DNA of 64,000 bases. Source: Eledone cirrhosa. Lineage: Eukaryota. The stretch lies in the NCBI GenBank assembly GCA_964016885.1, contig OZ024747.1, forward strand, positions 46,314,001-46,378,000. The letters are read 5' to 3'. A program made the position numbers and the translations under genes. This document shows positions 39,369 to 53,580 of this stretch, piece after piece. The first letter of the stretch is position 1, and the number at the start of each line of letters is the position of its first letter. The notes under the pieces were generated by a model. The model worked only from the letters and a program-made list of their open reading frames with translations, did not search any database and was not told the origin of the DNA.

Positions 39369-40715
39369 GTAATAATAATAATACTGTTATTAATAATAAT
39401 GGCAATAATTAAAGACAACAGCAAGAAACAGTTCAGATGCATGGGAAAGTCTTCCGAAAAAGTTGTTGATTCCCCTCTTGGGATGAGAAATATACAGAAT
39501 GAAAGATCTTGGCTGTAATTTAACATAAATCTTCAAATTGAGCAGCAAGTAGGAAAGTAGGTGGTTATTCAGGTTGGCTAGCTGATGACCTGCTTGCAGT
39601 GGAAGCCATAAAAGTTGTAAAAGGGTAATTGAAACGAGGAAAGAAGCCGACTCTCAAGAGAGAGATGTAGTCAGCGAGTCGATTCCCGAATTGCGTGCAT
39701 TAGCTCCAATGTTTGGCATTTGGTAATGGCTTGCACGTGTTAGATCAGTCACCTAAGGCAACTGTGTAATCTGAACAGAAGTTATTATTGTTGAATTTAT
39801 GTATGTGCATGCGTCGCACACACATACACACAAACACACACACACACACACACATACACACACACAGACACAGACACAGAGACACACACACACACATACA
39901 CACACACACACGCACGCACGCATACACACACATATGTTAGAACGAAGTAGAGTGAGTGCGGGAAGCAGTTATAATATATTTTATCAACTTCAATGAATAT
40001 AATTGAAGCACACTGATGTTGCCAACAACTTGAGAATACAACTTACACAACTCCAAATTCTATTTGACACAAGCTGCTTATGTTATTATTACTATTATTA
40101 ATGCCGACAGAAGCAGATTCGATATGTTTCTGTGAATGCCATTTGTTAAAAGGGGAACATTGTAGATATGCACATTACCTGGGGACATTTTCGTTGAATA
40201 ATGTAAAACACCATTGGATACTACACTATATTACAGCAGGTCAATACACGGGGCTCTACAATAAAACTAAACTAGGCGTAACACGCATCCACCATATTTC
40301 TCAAACGATATGTATAGTTGTAGTATCAACTGATTTTCAACAAATATCAACTCTATTCTATGTATTGTATGGCATTTTCCTCAGTTTGAAAACGTAAGTT
40401 TATAAGTGTATATATATATATAGAGAGAGATATATAGATAGATAGATAAAGATATTTTCCTTTTGCCACAAGGGCGTAAAAGAAATGGGACGTTACAAGA
40501 CATGACAGTGGGGATTTTACATAAAAATCGTATAACTTTAACATTAATAAATAAACTATATATAAAATAAAATATAATAATCGAAGTCCCCGATAGCGCG
40601 GAACGTTATTGCGTAGTTGTTTTACACCCCGTAGATAGTACAACCCTCAACACCAGGAGCACGTTTTGTAGGTGTTCCCGTCTTCCCTCTTATAACTAGA
40701 TAGACACACACACAA

Positions 40716-40778
<63 letters not shown>

Positions 40779-40804
40779 TAGAACAATGAAATTAAAACTA
40801 AAAT

Positions 40805-41130
40805 TGAAGATAGGTTTTTACTTAGTTCATTGTTTTACGATCATTTTCGAGGGTTGATTGATCATGATAAATCGATATGTTGACTGCCCCAGAATCAATT
40901 TCCTTCTTCATTCTAATAAGCTCTATCTAATAAAGTTTGGGCATAAGTTTCAGAATGAGTGATTTAAAAGAACAAGATATCAATTTTTTTTTATGGGGAA
41001 GACAGCGAGATGGATTCAGGATATTGAGACTAGTAATATGTTGTGGCATAACCGCTATCAATTAGTCAACATAGCGACTTATCAACCATCAGAAACGATC
41101 GTAAAACTATGAATTAAGAACCTATCTTCA
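40805..41130. mobile_element. Old foldback with ~50-bp diverged arms containing the GAAACGATCGTA hammerhead 3' motif
   Basis: 41081-41130 atcaaccatcagaaacgatcgtaaaactatgaattaagaacctatcttca resembles the reverse complement of 40805-40858; same stem III motif as at 8338-8349. Confidence 0.7.
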
Positions 41131-41169
41131 CGTTTACTAATGTATATAGTATATATATAGTAGACACCC

Positions 41170-41962
41170 CTCCTCCTTCTCCCCTTGTTGACGTCAAGTC
41201 CCCCCAATGCACTTGGGATGCCATCCAGTGCAGCCTGGCCTCAGACAGGCTCACGCGCCAGCTCGACCAGCACCGCCTTGCTTGTTTTCGTGCGGCCTCC
41301 AAACCCCGCAGTAGTGCCTGGCTCCATGCCCTGCCCTCCTTCTCCACTGCGAATCAGCGTTTCCCTGAGGCTCGGCCTCCGGATCTTCCAGCCACACCAA
41401 TGTCGCTGCGGTTCCACCGTGGACTCTTTCGACCTCCACCCGCTTTCCTGTCGCCACAGTGCCGGCCGCATTCCACGTCATGCTGCCCTCAACGAGGTCA
41501 TTAAGCATGGCTTGGACGCTGCAGGCTTTCCTTCTCAGCTCGAGCCGGTGGGGCTGGAACGAGGATACGGCAAAAGGCTAAATGGCATGACCATCTTCCC
41601 GTTTCGCGGTGGCAAACCCCTCGTCTGGGATGCCACTTGCACCGACACTTTCTGCAGCCGCAACCTGGTGCAGTCTGCGACTGACCCAGGTTCTACTGCA
41701 CGTCGGGCTGAGAGGGCCAAACTCCTCAAATACCGGTCGCTCTCGGACAGGTTTGCGGTCGTACCCCTGGCAGTGGAGACTTCTGGTGTCCTCGGCTACC
41801 TCCTTACTCACCACCATAGGCGCTGAGCTGGCCAGCCGCAGGTGTGAGCCTCGCGAGTTGGAGTGGCTTTTCCAGCGCGTCTCTCTTGCCGTCCTCCGAG
41901 GAAACGCCTTCTCCATTCTATCCGCCGGGGCTGTGGGTGGGCCCCATCGCGTACCGTTGTAG
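41170..41962 (+). pseudogene. CRE-like non-LTR retrotransposon 3' fragment (CCHC knuckle plus restriction-like endonuclease)
   Basis: CRCG...HPLSC...GRIPRHAALNEVI...LEP.GL...GKRLNG (degenerate KRPDG)...LVWDATCTDT...KLLKY...VPLAVETSG; frameshift near 41810, then WLFQRVSLAVLRGNA. Confidence 0.85.
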
Positions 41963-42203
41963 TTGTTGTATACAGATATTATATTACGTTATAGTAGAAG
42001 CTGATATATATATATATATGTCGTGTTCAGAATTAGAGTGAAGGAAGAGAGCGAAAATATCGCCGGTGGCTTATCCTTCGACAGGAATTTCTATTCCAAA
42101 AACCATTCGTTTTCAAAGCTACAGTCAATCTTTCTTTTCAAACTATATATATATATATATATATATAAATCGTATATATATATATATATCGTATATATAT
42201 ATC

Positions 42204-42268
<65 letters not shown>

Positions 42269-42399
42269 TATATGTATAGAGAGAGAGAGAGAGATAGAGA
42301 GAGATTTTGAGTATATGTTGGTTGTATACCAATTCCTCAGAATGCAGATTGGAGCACTCGACGAAGTGCGCAGGTTGGTTTGGTTACTCCGGAGTAATG

Positions 42400-42618
42400 T
42401 AAAATAAAATAAAATAAATAAGTCAAATGTTTAAAATTTGGCTTCGTTTATTACTGCTATATATATTTCGGTGACAGCCATCTTTGGCTGTGACCTCTTC
42501 AGGAAGTCCTAATTCGGACTGCCTGAAGAGGTCACAGCCAAAGATGGCTGTCACCGAAATATATATAGCAGTAATAAACGAAGCCAAATTTTAAACATTT
42601 GACTTATTTATTTTATTT

Positions 42619-42625
<7 letters not shown>
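42400..42625. mobile_element. ~225-bp foldback with two outward-facing hammerheads, ending in (TA)n
   Basis: Arms 42400-42509 and 42516-42625 are near-perfect reverse complements; loop taattc. Confidence 0.95.
42518..42572 (+). ncRNA. Intact type I hammerhead ribozyme (mirror copy on minus strand at 42453-42507)
   Basis: ACTGC-CTGAAGA-GGTCACAGCCA-aaga-TGGCTGTCACC-GAAA-tatata-TA-GCAGT: stem I 5 bp, stem II 10/11 bp, palindromic ATATATAT stem III, triplet AUA. Confidence 0.87.
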
Positions 42626-42666
<41 letters not shown>

Positions 42667-42761
42667 AGTGGGTGTAACTAGGAGTTACTGCAGGTTCACC
42701 CAGGTGAGCACTCGATGTTTAGGTTCACTTCTGTGATGTGTAGAGCTATACAGAGTGTAAA

Positions 42762-45734
42762 ATATAGAAAGGATAAAAAGGACGATTGATTATTCCTTCA
42801 TTGCATTTATTGATAGGTGACGCGCGTTTCGCCACTGATCAGCTCAAGGTTCGATCTATATCGATCCTACCCGACTCAATAATCGGCAGTTCGACTGACC
42901 CTCTTAAAATGCTATAAGAAAATGAAATACATGCTATGTGGTAAAGTCAGAGTTTCAAGAGTTTGACAAAATGAGATGTTTTGATTGGTGAGAAGGATCA
43001 AGGCGATGTACTGGCCTGTAGTGTATATGGGGGTGGGTGTGATGGTGAGATGTTGGTGACGGTCTGTGGATGAGGTGGGCTGTGGTGTGGTGGTGGTGGG
43101 TTGGCCTTGGCGTGTAGAGTATGTGGGGGTGGATGTGATGATATGGTGGTGGTTAAGGTTATTTAGTGGGATGGGCTGTGGCATGAGTTTAGTGGATTGT
43201 CAGTAGACGGGTTGGCGTGTGGGCGGGGGTGTGGTAGTGGTGCCTTTGTCCATGGTAGCGGCGTTTGTGGTGGTGTGGTGGATGTATTGGTGGCGTCAGG
43301 TCCTTACATAGATACATAGTTAGACGCTCTTCGTCTGACAGATACCTTGTATATACGTATACGTACACACATATATGTATATATGTGCACATATATTGTT
43401 GTATAAACACACACAACATAAAACACATACGCACATCCTTGCCCACACATATCGGCATACGCTCACACACAGCCATATGTATATGTACACACATGTATGT
43501 GCATGCGCGCATGCGGTCACGAATATGGAGAGTGGGGGAGTATCGGTGGGGGTGGTGAACGACAGAGATGGGGGGAAGGTGAGAGGCGATGTAGAAGGTG
43601 TTTTACATATATACATACACATATATACACATGGGTATGGGCACATGGACTCACACTCATGTATGCAAGATATACACATACACACTCGCATACACGTATA
43701 CTCACACATATATATATACATATATATATATATATACACACACATGTACCGACAACACACACACATACACGCACATATACACATACATGCACACATATGA
43801 GCTCACCTACACATACAGTCAGATTTACCCATATACATATATGCAGACATACACATACACACACATACATACACATACATATATACACACACATACACAT
43901 ATGCATACACATACACACACATATATATACAGATATATATATATACACACACATAGGCATATGCATACACATGTGTTCACATTCACACACACACACATAG
44001 AGATAAATTTGCGTACACGCACGCATACTTAAGGCGCCCGTATGAGTAAAATACTTACACACAGACACACACACTATTATTGGTTGGGGAGTGGAGGTAT
44101 GTTTTGTCGGTGTTGATGAAGTATGGAGTTGTGTTTTGTGGTGGTGGTGGTGGAGTTGTGAGGGACAAACATATATATACCGGATCGAATACCGGTTAAA
44201 AGGTGACATAGGGAACGCGGGGAAAAATCGTTTATGGACGTACGGCGATGTGTGTTGTGGACATGGTGATGGTGGTGGTGCTGGGGTGATATGTTCGGCA
44301 AGATGATTACATGATCAGAGGTTACGGTGTGTTATATGGTAGGCAGACGGGGGGTGGGGGGTATATAATACAGTCGATTTGGGAGCGAGGGATGATATGT
44401 GTTGATGATGTAATGATAATGATTGTTGAAGTATGTGGATGTATTTAGTGGTGGCGGTGGTTGTGTGTGCATGCGACAGTACAGTTACAGGGTCGAATTT
44501 AGCGTGGCGTTGCAGGTTAGGGTAGATAGAGGGAACATGGGGGGATGAGGTTGTAGACGTGTATGGTAGACATATGACGATGTGTGGTGTGGTGGTGGTG
44601 GCGATGGTGTGATATGGTCGACATTGTATTTACAACCATGACCCACCATAATAATAACCACACCTGCCCCGTATCACCATCGCCCATCTCAACGAACTTT
44701 AATTCTAATCTAACTTCACTTTATCTTATTTCATTTCATTGAATTTAACCATATGTAAGCCCGTATTTTGTATATCATGCCGCATACATAACCCACACCA
44801 AAAATCACACTAACCATGACACACCATATTAATAACCACCTATACCCCGTCTCAACATCGCCCACCTCAATGAACTTATTGTATTGTACTCCATGTTACC
44901 ATCTCTAAGCCCCCATTTGTATATCATGCCGCACACATCACCATCACCACCACCAAAATTCAGATCAACACACACACCTCATAGTTGCAACATCGTATTA
45001 AATCGGTACCATATGATACGTTCTACCTTGCAATCCACAATGACAAGGGACCTTGTAAATACAATGTCGACCATATCACACCATCGCCACCACCACCACA
45101 CCACACATCGGCATGTGCATACCATACACGCCTACAACCTCAGCCCCCCATGTTCCCTCTATCTACCCTAACCTGCAACCCCACGCTAAATTCGACCCTG
45201 TAACTGTACTGTCGCATGCACACACAACCACCGCCACCACTAAATACATCCACATACTTCAACAATCATTATCATTACATCATCAACATATATCATCCCT
45301 CGCACCCAAATCGACTGTATTATATACCCCCCACCCCCCGTCTGCCTACCATATAACACACCGTAACCTCTGATCATGTAATCCTCTTGCCGAACATATC
45401 ACCCCAGCACCACCACCATCACCATGTCCACAACACACATCGCCGTACGTCCATAAACGATTATCCCCCGCGTTCCCTATGTCACCTTTTAACCGGTATT
45501 CGATCCGGTATGTATATGTTTGTCCCTCACAACTCCACCACCACCACCACAAAACACAACTCCATACTTCATCAACACCGACAAAACATACCTCCACTCC
45601 CCAACCAACAATAGTGTGTGTGTCTGTGTGTAAGTATTTTACTCATACGGGCGTCTTATGTGTGCGTGCGTGTACGCAAATTTATCTCTATGTGTGTGTG
45701 TGTGTATGTGAACACATGTGTATGCATATGCCTA

Positions 45735-45769
<35 letters not shown>

Positions 45770-45954
45770 GTATATATATGTGTGTGTATGTGTATGCATA
45801 TGTGTATGTGTGTGTATATATATGTATGTGTATGTATGTGTGTGTATGTGTATGTCTGCATATATGTATATGGGTAAATCTGACTGTATGTATAGGTTAG
45901 CTCATATATGTGCATGTATGTGTATATGTGCGTGTATGTGTGTGTTGTCGGTAC

Positions 45955-45993
<39 letters not shown>

Positions 45994-46910
45994 AGTATAC
46001 GTGTGTGCGAGTGTGTATGTGTATATCTTGCATACATGAGTGTGAGTCCATGTGCCCATACCCATGTGTATGCATGTGTATGTATATATGTAAAACACCT
46101 TCTACATCGCCTCTCACCTTCCCCCCATCTCTGTCGTTCGCCACCCCCACCGATACTCCCCCACTCTCCATATTCGTGTCTGCATGCGCGCATGCACATA
46201 CATGTGTGTACATATACATATGGCTGTGTGTGAGCGTATGCCGATATGTGTGGGTAAAGATGTGCGTATGTGTTTTATGTTGTGTGTGTTTATACAACAA
46301 TATATGTGCACATATATACATATATGTGTGTACGTATACGTATATACAAGGTATCTGTCAGACGAAGAGCGTCTAACTATGTATCTATGTAAGGACCTGA
46401 CGACCACCACAAACGCCGCTACCATAGACAAAGGCACCACTACCACACCCCCACCCACACGCCAGCCCGTCTACTGACAAACCACTAACCTCATGCCACA
46501 GCCCATCCCACTAAATAACCTTAACCACCACCATATCATCACATCCACCCCCACATACTCTACACGCCAAAGCCAACCCACCACCACCACCACACCACAG
46601 CCCACCTCATCCACAGACCGTCACCAACATCTCACCATCACACCCACCCCCATATACACTACAGGCCAGTACATCGCCTTGATCCTTCTCACCAATCAAA
46701 ACATCTCATTTTGTCAAACTCTTGAAACTCTGACTTTACCACATAGCATGTATTTCATTTTCTTATAGCATTTTAAGAGGGTCAGTCGAGCTGCCGATTA
46801 TTCAGTCGGGTAGGATCGATATAGATCGAACCTTGAGCTGATCAGTGGCGAAACGCGCGTCACCTATCAATAAATGCAATGAAGGAATAATCAATCGTCC
46901 TTTTTATCCT

Positions 46911-46918
<8 letters not shown>
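42762..46918. mobile_element. 4.2-kb foldback element: ~1.87-kb arms (42762-44635, 45053-46918) and ~420-bp spacer
   Basis: Arms are highly similar reverse complements (mirror ORF pairs in the track); each outer end carries GAAACGCGCGTC plus AATAAA; the right end runs into (TA)n. Confidence 0.95.
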
Positions 46919-46951
<33 letters not shown>

Positions 46952-46954
<3 letters not shown>

Positions 46955-47684
46955 AGATAAGCAGAACAAGTAAAAATTCAATCAATTTTTCAAAATAAAT
47001 CAATTAATATACAATCAAAATTAATCAAAATTAAAAAATATAATATAAATATTTACCTATTCTAATGGCCCTAACTGTACAGTTTCACGGTGCAAAACAT
47101 TAAATATCACCAGGATATTAATGGAAAAGCAACGATCATCAGAGAAGCATTTTCCTGTCCTAGGGTTAAAAACCCCAGGAACGACAAAATATATGACCTC
47201 ACTCCAACTAATACAGGTCTAAAAGGTCGTGAAAGTGACCCGTAAATACATTGGTGTATAGTGAAGGCGGGAAATCGTAGACTCGCCGTCTATAGCTCGC
47301 CACTAAAAAAAGATTTTTAGTAACTAAATATAACGACAAAATTTGTATCTCTACATATGGAGATTATTGAAAAAGGTTAATATATATCTGAGGGTACAAT
47401 GTACCCCCGGAAATATATAGTGTGTCTATGATTTAAGGTGGTTCTATGGTAATAATTTGATATACCAGAACATAATGTCAAGATAAGCAGAACAAGTAAA
47501 AATTCAATCAATTTTTCAAAATAAATCAAAATTAATATACAATCAAAATTAATCAAAATTAAAAAATATAATATAAATATTTACCTATTCTAATGGCCCT
47601 AACTGTACAGTTTCACGGTGCAAAACATTAAATATCACCAGGATATTAATGGAAAAGCAACGAACATCAGAGAAGCATTTTCCT
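46952..47684 (-). mobile_element. Retrozyme/pLTR-like element: ~205-bp direct repeats, each with a hammerhead, period 526-528, between (TA)n tracts
   Basis: Repeats at 46952-47156 and 47478-47684; no ORF of note in the interior. Confidence 0.9.
47064..47151 (-). ncRNA. Type I hammerhead ribozyme (second copy 47592-47679 has core CTGATGT)
   Basis: Minus strand: aatgcTTCT-CTGATGA-T-CGTTGC..cattaa.tatc..gata.ttaatg..GCACCG-T-GAAA-CTG-ta-CAG-TT-AGGGccatt; palindromic stem III ACTGTACAGT; triplet GUU. Confidence 0.82.
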
Positions 47685-47685
47685 T

Positions 47686-48058
<373 letters not shown>

Positions 48059-51000
48059 CGACAAGAACAACAATAATAGCAACAAACCACAAATCCCAAT
48101 AATAGTCCAAAGATAGATACATAGATACATAGATAAATAATTAGACAAACAGATAATTAGATACATAGGTAGAACGAAGTCATCTTTGTGGATATATCTT
48201 TAATAATGAGTAAAGGTGCATTAAAATCATTGTAATTGAATTAAATTAACGTAAACGCAATACGGGATTTGGTTGAAAGAGAAGATGGTGTAAGTCAAGG
48301 AAAATTGAGGATTAAAGAATCTTTAAATAAACTGTTGCAATCAAGATATTAAATTATATGTATTTTACTATAAACTCCGTCATTTTCGCTGGGTACTCTG
48401 CTAGTGAATGATCAGTAACTAGATACTATACACCAATACTCGGTATATCTATGTATGTGCCAATGTATGTATGTACGTACGTATGTATGTATATAAGTAT
48501 GTATGTGTGTATGCATGTATATATGTATACATGGCTCGTTAAGGAAGGTGTAGTTTATTATCATTGTAGTAAGTTCTACTAGTGGGCAATCAGGTTTTCT
48601 AACACTTAACAAGTTTTCAACCTCTAAGATAGCGATGGAACTCAGTAGCTTGTCATTTAGTCATAAATTTACCCAGCCAGTAAATAACATTGAATATAAA
48701 AGTATATCTCTGTTTTAAAGGATAAATATTTCTAAATTAACGACTGTTTATTTTCCTCAGAGATATGTGAAGAAAGTAATTGTTTATCCCAATAGAAATA
48801 GCAACAACTACAAATACAACTATAGCAACAACAACAACATTACTTCATTGTAAAACCAATAACTATAATAGAAATAAATATAGGTTCTGTATTCTTATAT
48901 TCGCTAAAGTGTCGTAAGAAATTAGTATGTATTAAGTATTCAGATTAAGTATGAGAATTAAACAGAGAAGTTAAAAGAACGCTCATGGAGTATGGACGTT
49001 GGCACCGAGGGAAAATCAATGTTCATTGTAATAAGCTGTGTCTGATAACGTTTGGGCATAAGTTTCGGAATGAGTGATTTAAAAGAGCAAAACATCAAAG
49101 CAAGAAAGTGTTCCGCTGAAACTCCCACATGGTGTGTGAAACGTAGAGTTGATTAGATTGTCGTGTACTGTTAATGTCTAAATCCTATTTTTGTTATTAA
49201 CGTCTTTAATTTAAAGAGAGAAGTCATTTAGTTCAATTTGCTGAAATTAATGTGATGCTTGCTGAATTATCCTTAAAGTATTGTGTGTATATTTCTGAAT
49301 AGAAGTCCTTTAATTGTAAATGTCGCAGATTTGCTATCCTTTGAACACTAGACAATTGTAGAGTCTTCATAAATTTGCCACGTATCAATTCTTGGGTCAT
49401 CCATATAAAGTGGACAATTTTTTACTCTTTCTTTCGGGACTTATCTCGTTAAGAGAATTCTCAGAGATGTTAACAAACATAGAAAAGCTAACAAGAATCT
49501 CTGAAATCAAATTTGCAATATGAATAATAGATCAGACGAAGTATTCTAAATACTACGAATGAAACAATGATTTTAAAAGTTAAGATGTAAAGAAATCAAC
49601 AATAACGACAACAACTACAACGCAAACAAAGACCTGAACAACAGAACAATAATACTAATCAAAAGGAATAATGTGATAGAAGTCTTGATTCAATCAAATT
49701 TAGCATAAGATTTAAATCTCTTCTCTGGTATTTGAAACAAAAATGTCCAGCGGCTAGGTTGTATGCGTTTAGAAATATAATTAGTTTCGTAACTTGAAGC
49801 ATCTCCAGAATAATGAAACCAAAGAAATACCAATCTTTGATAGAGTCTGGAATTGAACACATTTTCATTGCATATAGATTGTGGAATTTCATATGATTAT
49901 TGCTTAATCTTATTCCTATATATTGGGATTTAATTTAGGCATTGCAAATAATACTTAGCAGGTGTGATGGTGATAACAATATGTTGACACTGTTTGCAAC
50001 ACAGAGAGTTACACAAACACATCATTTTATCTCTCTTACAAAAACAAACAAAATAAAACCATGAAGCCATAGACCTGTTTAAGTAAATAAAATCATTAAA
50101 CGGAAAGAAAAAATTGATTCCAATATATTCGTAAGATATTGTTAAATGAGGGCGTACAAAACATTGAGCAGATGAAGCTCGAGGAAACCAGATGCTACGA
50201 GGTTGTTGGTTTATATGATATTACTGGTATTAGACTTGCGGTCAAGGTTCTTAATGCTGAATACCTAAATCCGCCTAACCGTACATATATTATTTTCAAT
50301 TAGTCAACGGTTCGATCTAAATGGAGCAGATATATAACTCTTTGTTTGCTTTACTATTAATACATTAGTACCCGATAGAGACTGTTTACTAACCGATGCA
50401 CCCGTCTCTTAGTTTTGTTTTTCTCATCGCGGCAGTTCTCGTCTCAATCCCATCTTTCGAATTTCCATTCTTCCTATGTTTTCACAACATACATAACTCT
50501 TCTGATATCAAAGCTAAACAATCAATTTTAGTTATCTGGAAGTGTCCCTTTCCTTCAGATTAAATAACAAAAAAATATATATTATTGGTTGAGATCGTGA
50601 AAATTTTACTAAAGCAATTTTAACCATTTCCTAAACAACAGCTTAACAGTATGACTAACGTAACAAAATTTCAGAAAGCGCGTTAAGTTTAAGAATAGGG
50701 AATGTTCAACTTAAGTGCAATTCATATATTTCTGAGCTGACATTCAAAAGACATTTTGGAGACACATAATTTCTTATGTTTCTTCAACTGAATTTGCGTA
50801 GAAATTTACGAGGAATAACACTCTTTTGCTTCGGATTTATGTCAAATGATAAACTGTCTTAAGTGCGTTGTCGGTTTCCCTGTTATGACCTAGAAACTAG
50901 AAGGGGCAATAAGATATATTCATGAACGTCAATTAAAAAGAGGATGCCTTTCAAAAAGCAATCGTAAAAATTCTGTTTGGAAGGCTTTGAATTGATAAAA

Positions 51001-51591
51001 ATTCCGACTGGTCATCTTCTCTGATCAGTGGCTAAAATAAAAATGATGTAAATATGATGGGGAAGTCGATTTAAGTTGATTACATAGGGTATAGGAATGT
51101 TGTTACATTTTTTCAAACTGTAGCCATGGAAGAAGCAAGAATTACGTGGCAGTTTTTCACTCCGACAGGGGAAAATAAAATAGTAAATATGAAAGAATTA
51201 TTGGCAACTAAATATACGGTATGAAATAGAAAGAATGCTGTAAAAGTAACGGCAAGATAAGAGACCATCAAGAAGGCTGTAAAGATTTCGGAAACATACG
51301 AATGGTCGATAAGCCCGAGTAAATATAAAAAAAAATGGCGAGATATTCTTTTATTGATATTCGCGTAGTAGTGGTTACTTTCGTTGGCCGAATTAAAGAT
51401 ACTAACCTCTGATCGTATACGTGGCCTATTTATTACGATGGTAGTAAGCTGAGCTTTGATGTCATTGTCAGTATTTATGTCTTTGTGATGTGTAGACGTG
51501 TATTTAAGTGTATATATGTTTGTCTCTCTCTCTCTCTCTCTCTCTCCCCCTCTCTCTGTATATATATATATTTACACACATATATATGTGC

Positions 51592-51641
<50 letters not shown>

Positions 51642-52164
51642 CTCTGCGTGTGTGTGTGTGTGTGTCTGTGTATGTGTCAGTATGTATGTAGCTGTGGGTG
51701 TGTTTGTGAGTTGAAGAAGAATTTAATCTCTAGACAAAATGATAACATTGAAGGTAAATTTACTGAAGCAATACTTAAAAAGATGTTAGATCGTTATGTA
51801 CTGACAAATGAAATCGCTGTCAGAGTTCAAGTCAGACGAACGTCTCTGGTCAAAGGGAACTAAAGATCGAGGAGGTATGTGTAATATTCTTATTTCTACT
51901 AAGCATTAATGATAAAATAATAGCAACATTATAATTGAAGACGGAACCTGTGTTACAATTTAAACAGTTTGTTCTCGTCTAGAGGTGAAATAGACTAAGC
52001 GATTGTCAAAATAATGACTTTGATAATAGTGAATCTCGAGTGAAATGGAATTTGAGAGTACCAAAGAGTGATTGAAACTCTCACATATTTCCTTGAAGAT
52101 ATATCCTATGTTTCCTTTTCGTATTTAAATAGAACTGTCAAAGAAATGGCGTTGATATTGATAA

Positions 52165-52237
52165 CTGTTTCTACTATTGGCACAAGGCCAGCAATTACCC
52201 CTGTGCATTACTGGAATTTTATTTCATCGACCCCGTA
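52165..52237 (-). mobile_element. SINE 3' fragment
   Basis: tgtttctactattggcacaaggccagcaattaccc...tcgaccccgtaa. Confidence 0.8.
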
Positions 52238-52611
52238 AACAATATTTAACCGTTTGATTTTAATGGAATTTCCACGTTTTATAAATGTTCTTACTTTCAT
52301 ACTTAATTTATAGATTTTCATAGCGTCGTATATTTTAAAGATTTTGTATATATCATCAATTTCATTTCATATTTAAGGTTGTTCGAAGTAAAGCTCTCGA
52401 AGTCATATCGAGTCAGGTAGAATAATATTATAGTTGACTGTTATGTAGTTTATTTTGTCTCTAGATTCTAGAGGTGATTTACATTTCTTATTTGCAAAGA
52501 ATTCTTTAGATATCACCAGAAAACGAAACAATAACAAACTCCTCCGAATTAGCATTGTATGTATGTACGGTCCCGTAACACCTGATAGTCATAGGGGCAC
52601 AGTATTGACAT

Positions 52612-52862
52612 ATGGCATTTTAAGCCTGGCGGAGCCCATCCTTCTTCAAGCCTGAGTCCAGCACATTTCTTCCAGAGAAATATAGAAAGTGAGAGAGAGG
52701 AAAGGAGACAGAGATATAGAGGAAGAATCGACCAGAGCACTAGACTGGTACTTTTTTTTATCAACCTCGAAAGGATGAAAGTCAAAGTTGACTTCGGGTG
52801 GATTGAACTGAGAGAGCAGAGTCGGAACGAATACCATAAAGCAATCCATCCGACGTTCTAAC
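52612..52862 (-). mobile_element. Older SINE subfamily with a different tail
   Basis: Core tttatcaacctcgaaaggatgaaagtcaaagttgac; the tail (minus strand ctggaagaa..tcaggc..gaaggatgggct..ttaaaatg) recurs at ~16190-16240 and ~38775-38840. Confidence 0.6.
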
Positions 52863-53367
52863 GCCTATTCGAATTAGCATTAGGTTTTTAAAAATTCTTG
52901 AGATTATTCAAAAATGTTTTATCCAGGTTTGCTGAGGACGTAGTATGAACGAATAATTTAGAAGTTGACTTAGCAATCATTAGGTCCCTGATTCGATCTC
53001 ACATCATGTCATCTTGAAAAAGAAGCACTTTTTTTTTACTCACATTAATTTTAAAGTGAGTAAAATTAAGTAGTCGGAAATTCTCTAGAAGTCCGTCGGA
53101 TAGACTGTACCTGTAATGTAAAGAGACAGTCTTTTTACACTCTACATGCTGAACCTCCCTAAGAATGACGTTATGGATACATATGTCTGTGGAATATTCA
53201 GCCAGCTACATGTTAATATTATGAGGAGGTTGTTCCGTTCATCGAACAACAAAAGCACGCATCATCGAAACCGACGAGGATCCATTCCATCTAGCATTGC
53301 TGCATAAATGAAACCAAAGCAACTGTGATGTATTAATTTTAATGATATCTAGTACAGGCCCGTACAT

Positions 53368-53580
53368 TCCTCTTCTTCTTCTTCCTGGGGACAGAGGACT
53401 CAAACACTCCTTCCAGCAGGTCCTGTCAGAAGCAACCGTATTCGGCTTGATCCCTAAGCGAGACCAGCCAAGCTCATGGATGTTATCCAACCATCTTGCT
53501 CGAGGTCTCCTACCTGGGTCTCCTACTGTTTGGTTTTTGCCCGTAAAATCTGTCCAGAGATTCTTTCCTGAGACATTCTA
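53368..53580 (-). pseudogene. RTE-like LINE 3' terminal fragment
   Basis: GRRPRARWLDNI...VASDRTCWKE motif and an (AAG)n tail. Confidence 0.55.

Noticed and set aside
42912-46768. Mirror ORF pairs (e.g. MPQPIPLNN..., MPNISPQHHH...) as duplicated genes
   Set aside because: They are low-complexity products of the CA-rich inverted repeat arms.
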